Assembly: GCA_003427395.1 (NCBI GenBank)
Contig: BFEA01000023.1
Span: forward strand, 1,878,539 to 1,942,538
DNA length: 64,000 nucleotides
DNA from: Chara braunii
Taxonomy: Eukaryota; Plantae; Charophyceae
Direction of reading: 5' to 3'
Shown: piece by piece, positions 62,815-64,000 of the stretch
Layout of the letters: each line of letters starts with the position of its first letter
Position numbering within the stretch: position 1 is the stretch's first letter
Position numbers and translations under genes: made by a program
The notes under the pieces: model-generated
The model's database searches: none
What the model was told of the DNA's origin: nothing
What the model saw: only the letters and a program-made list of their open reading frames with translations

Positions 62815-64000
62815 GCTCACTTGTGTAGATCACGCTTGGAGAATGATGCGCACCGGATGCAACGTGGGCAGAAGGAGGAAGGACGCTGCATGCGAGGAGA
62901 TATCGTGATCGTATGTGAAAGGGGAAAGAAGAAGAGGAAGATAATGAAGAAGAAGAAGGAGAAGAAGAAGAAAGAAGGGAAGAGGAAGACGCACTTGGCC
63001 ATGCTGTCGATGATGACGATGTTTCGGGTGTGGATTCTCGAACCTTGTGTTTGAGATACAAGAGACTTTCTGCACATGCTTTGGGTGGTTTCCAGTTTGT
63101 GAAGGATAGGCGTGTCGTTTTCTGGTGGTCGACATAAGATTTTGCAGCGCCGTTCAAACCTTGAGTCGTCTCTCTCAAAGGACTTTCACGACAACTTGCT
63201 TGTCGCTGGCGGCGGTCGCGACTATCCAGGCTTTCCAATGATGTGGTGCTGGCTTGTGGACCGTGACGTTCACCCTCGCTCATCCTCTTGTGATGATTGG
63301 TCCCTGATCGCCAGCGGCAATCTAGTTGGCAGTCATTTGCAGGTGGTGGATGCGGTGGTGCCCAGTCATTTACTCTCAACTCCACCACTCTCATCCCGTA
63401 GGTTTCGAGAGAACGGTTGCAGCTTGTTGTGGTGGTGTCTTCGTGTCTGCGCTCATAGCGGCTCATTCCGTTCGGGATAGGAGTTATCACAACTTGGTAA
63501 GGGGGTTCTGCACTCTTTGCCCTCCGAGTAGTGCCAGAGATCGATGGCGTTGGTGTCTTGGTCGTGCATCCGCCACTTGTCATATGCGAGGGTGAAGACT
63601 TGTCAGATGGGTGAGGCATCCGCTGATGGCGTCGTAAGGTTAGCCGTCATCCACCCAGCTTGTTTGGATGAGCATATATGCCTGTTGTGCTCTCCATGTT
63701 GTGGTGTCGGTGTGTTGTGCATGGTGGCCGATCGTGTAGCGTCTCAGAGTGAGAGAGAGAAAACATGTAAGTCTCCAATCGCGCGAATGATCTCATGGTA
63801 CTTTCGTTGATAGTATGAACAAAATTGAAATTTACCACTAAACCATAGAAGTATACATTACTATGTGCGTGTGTGTGTGTGTATGTGTGTGTGCGTGAGA
63901 GGGAGAGAGAGAGAGAGAAAGAAAGAGAAGAAAGTGTCCATGCGGGGGCTTACCAACTATTCTTGAACAACTCCCTCACCTCGACTTTATTGCATCGGAC

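Noticed and set aside
61906-63800. Intact gag or host ORFs downstream of the LTR
   Set aside because: Fragmented, interrupted by the 62343-62814 element, and no recognisable domain

Overview
Eukaryotic, TE-saturated draft-assembly DNA with N gaps, long microsatellites and one embedded Nextera mate-pair adapter. The L1/LTR types and the centriole gene suggest a flagellate-producing green plant or alga such as a charophyte (inference only). The one host gene I can support is a minus-strand centriolin-like LRR/coiled-coil gene: four phase-consistent exons from 21005 to 1403, with no stop found, so it probably continues past the window start. The most notable object is a ~14-kb degenerate tyrosine-recombinase (DIRS order, PAT/kangaroo-type) retrotransposon at 24275-38283 with split direct repeats (A1...B1-A2-B2). 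It carries DIRS-type RT on the minus strand and a YR on the plus strand whose start micro-exon lies inside the B repeat. It also has a row of small accessory ORFs, each opening just after a splice acceptor and lying downstream of one GTAAGT donor, which resembles a complex-retrovirus splicing programme. The rest is a ~12-kb tandem duplication carrying a dead L1/Tx1-like LINE, several non-autonomous DNA transposon families, a tRNA-like tandem array hit twice at the same 8-mer by different hAT-like MITEs, further LINE fragments and a probable LTR element at the right end.
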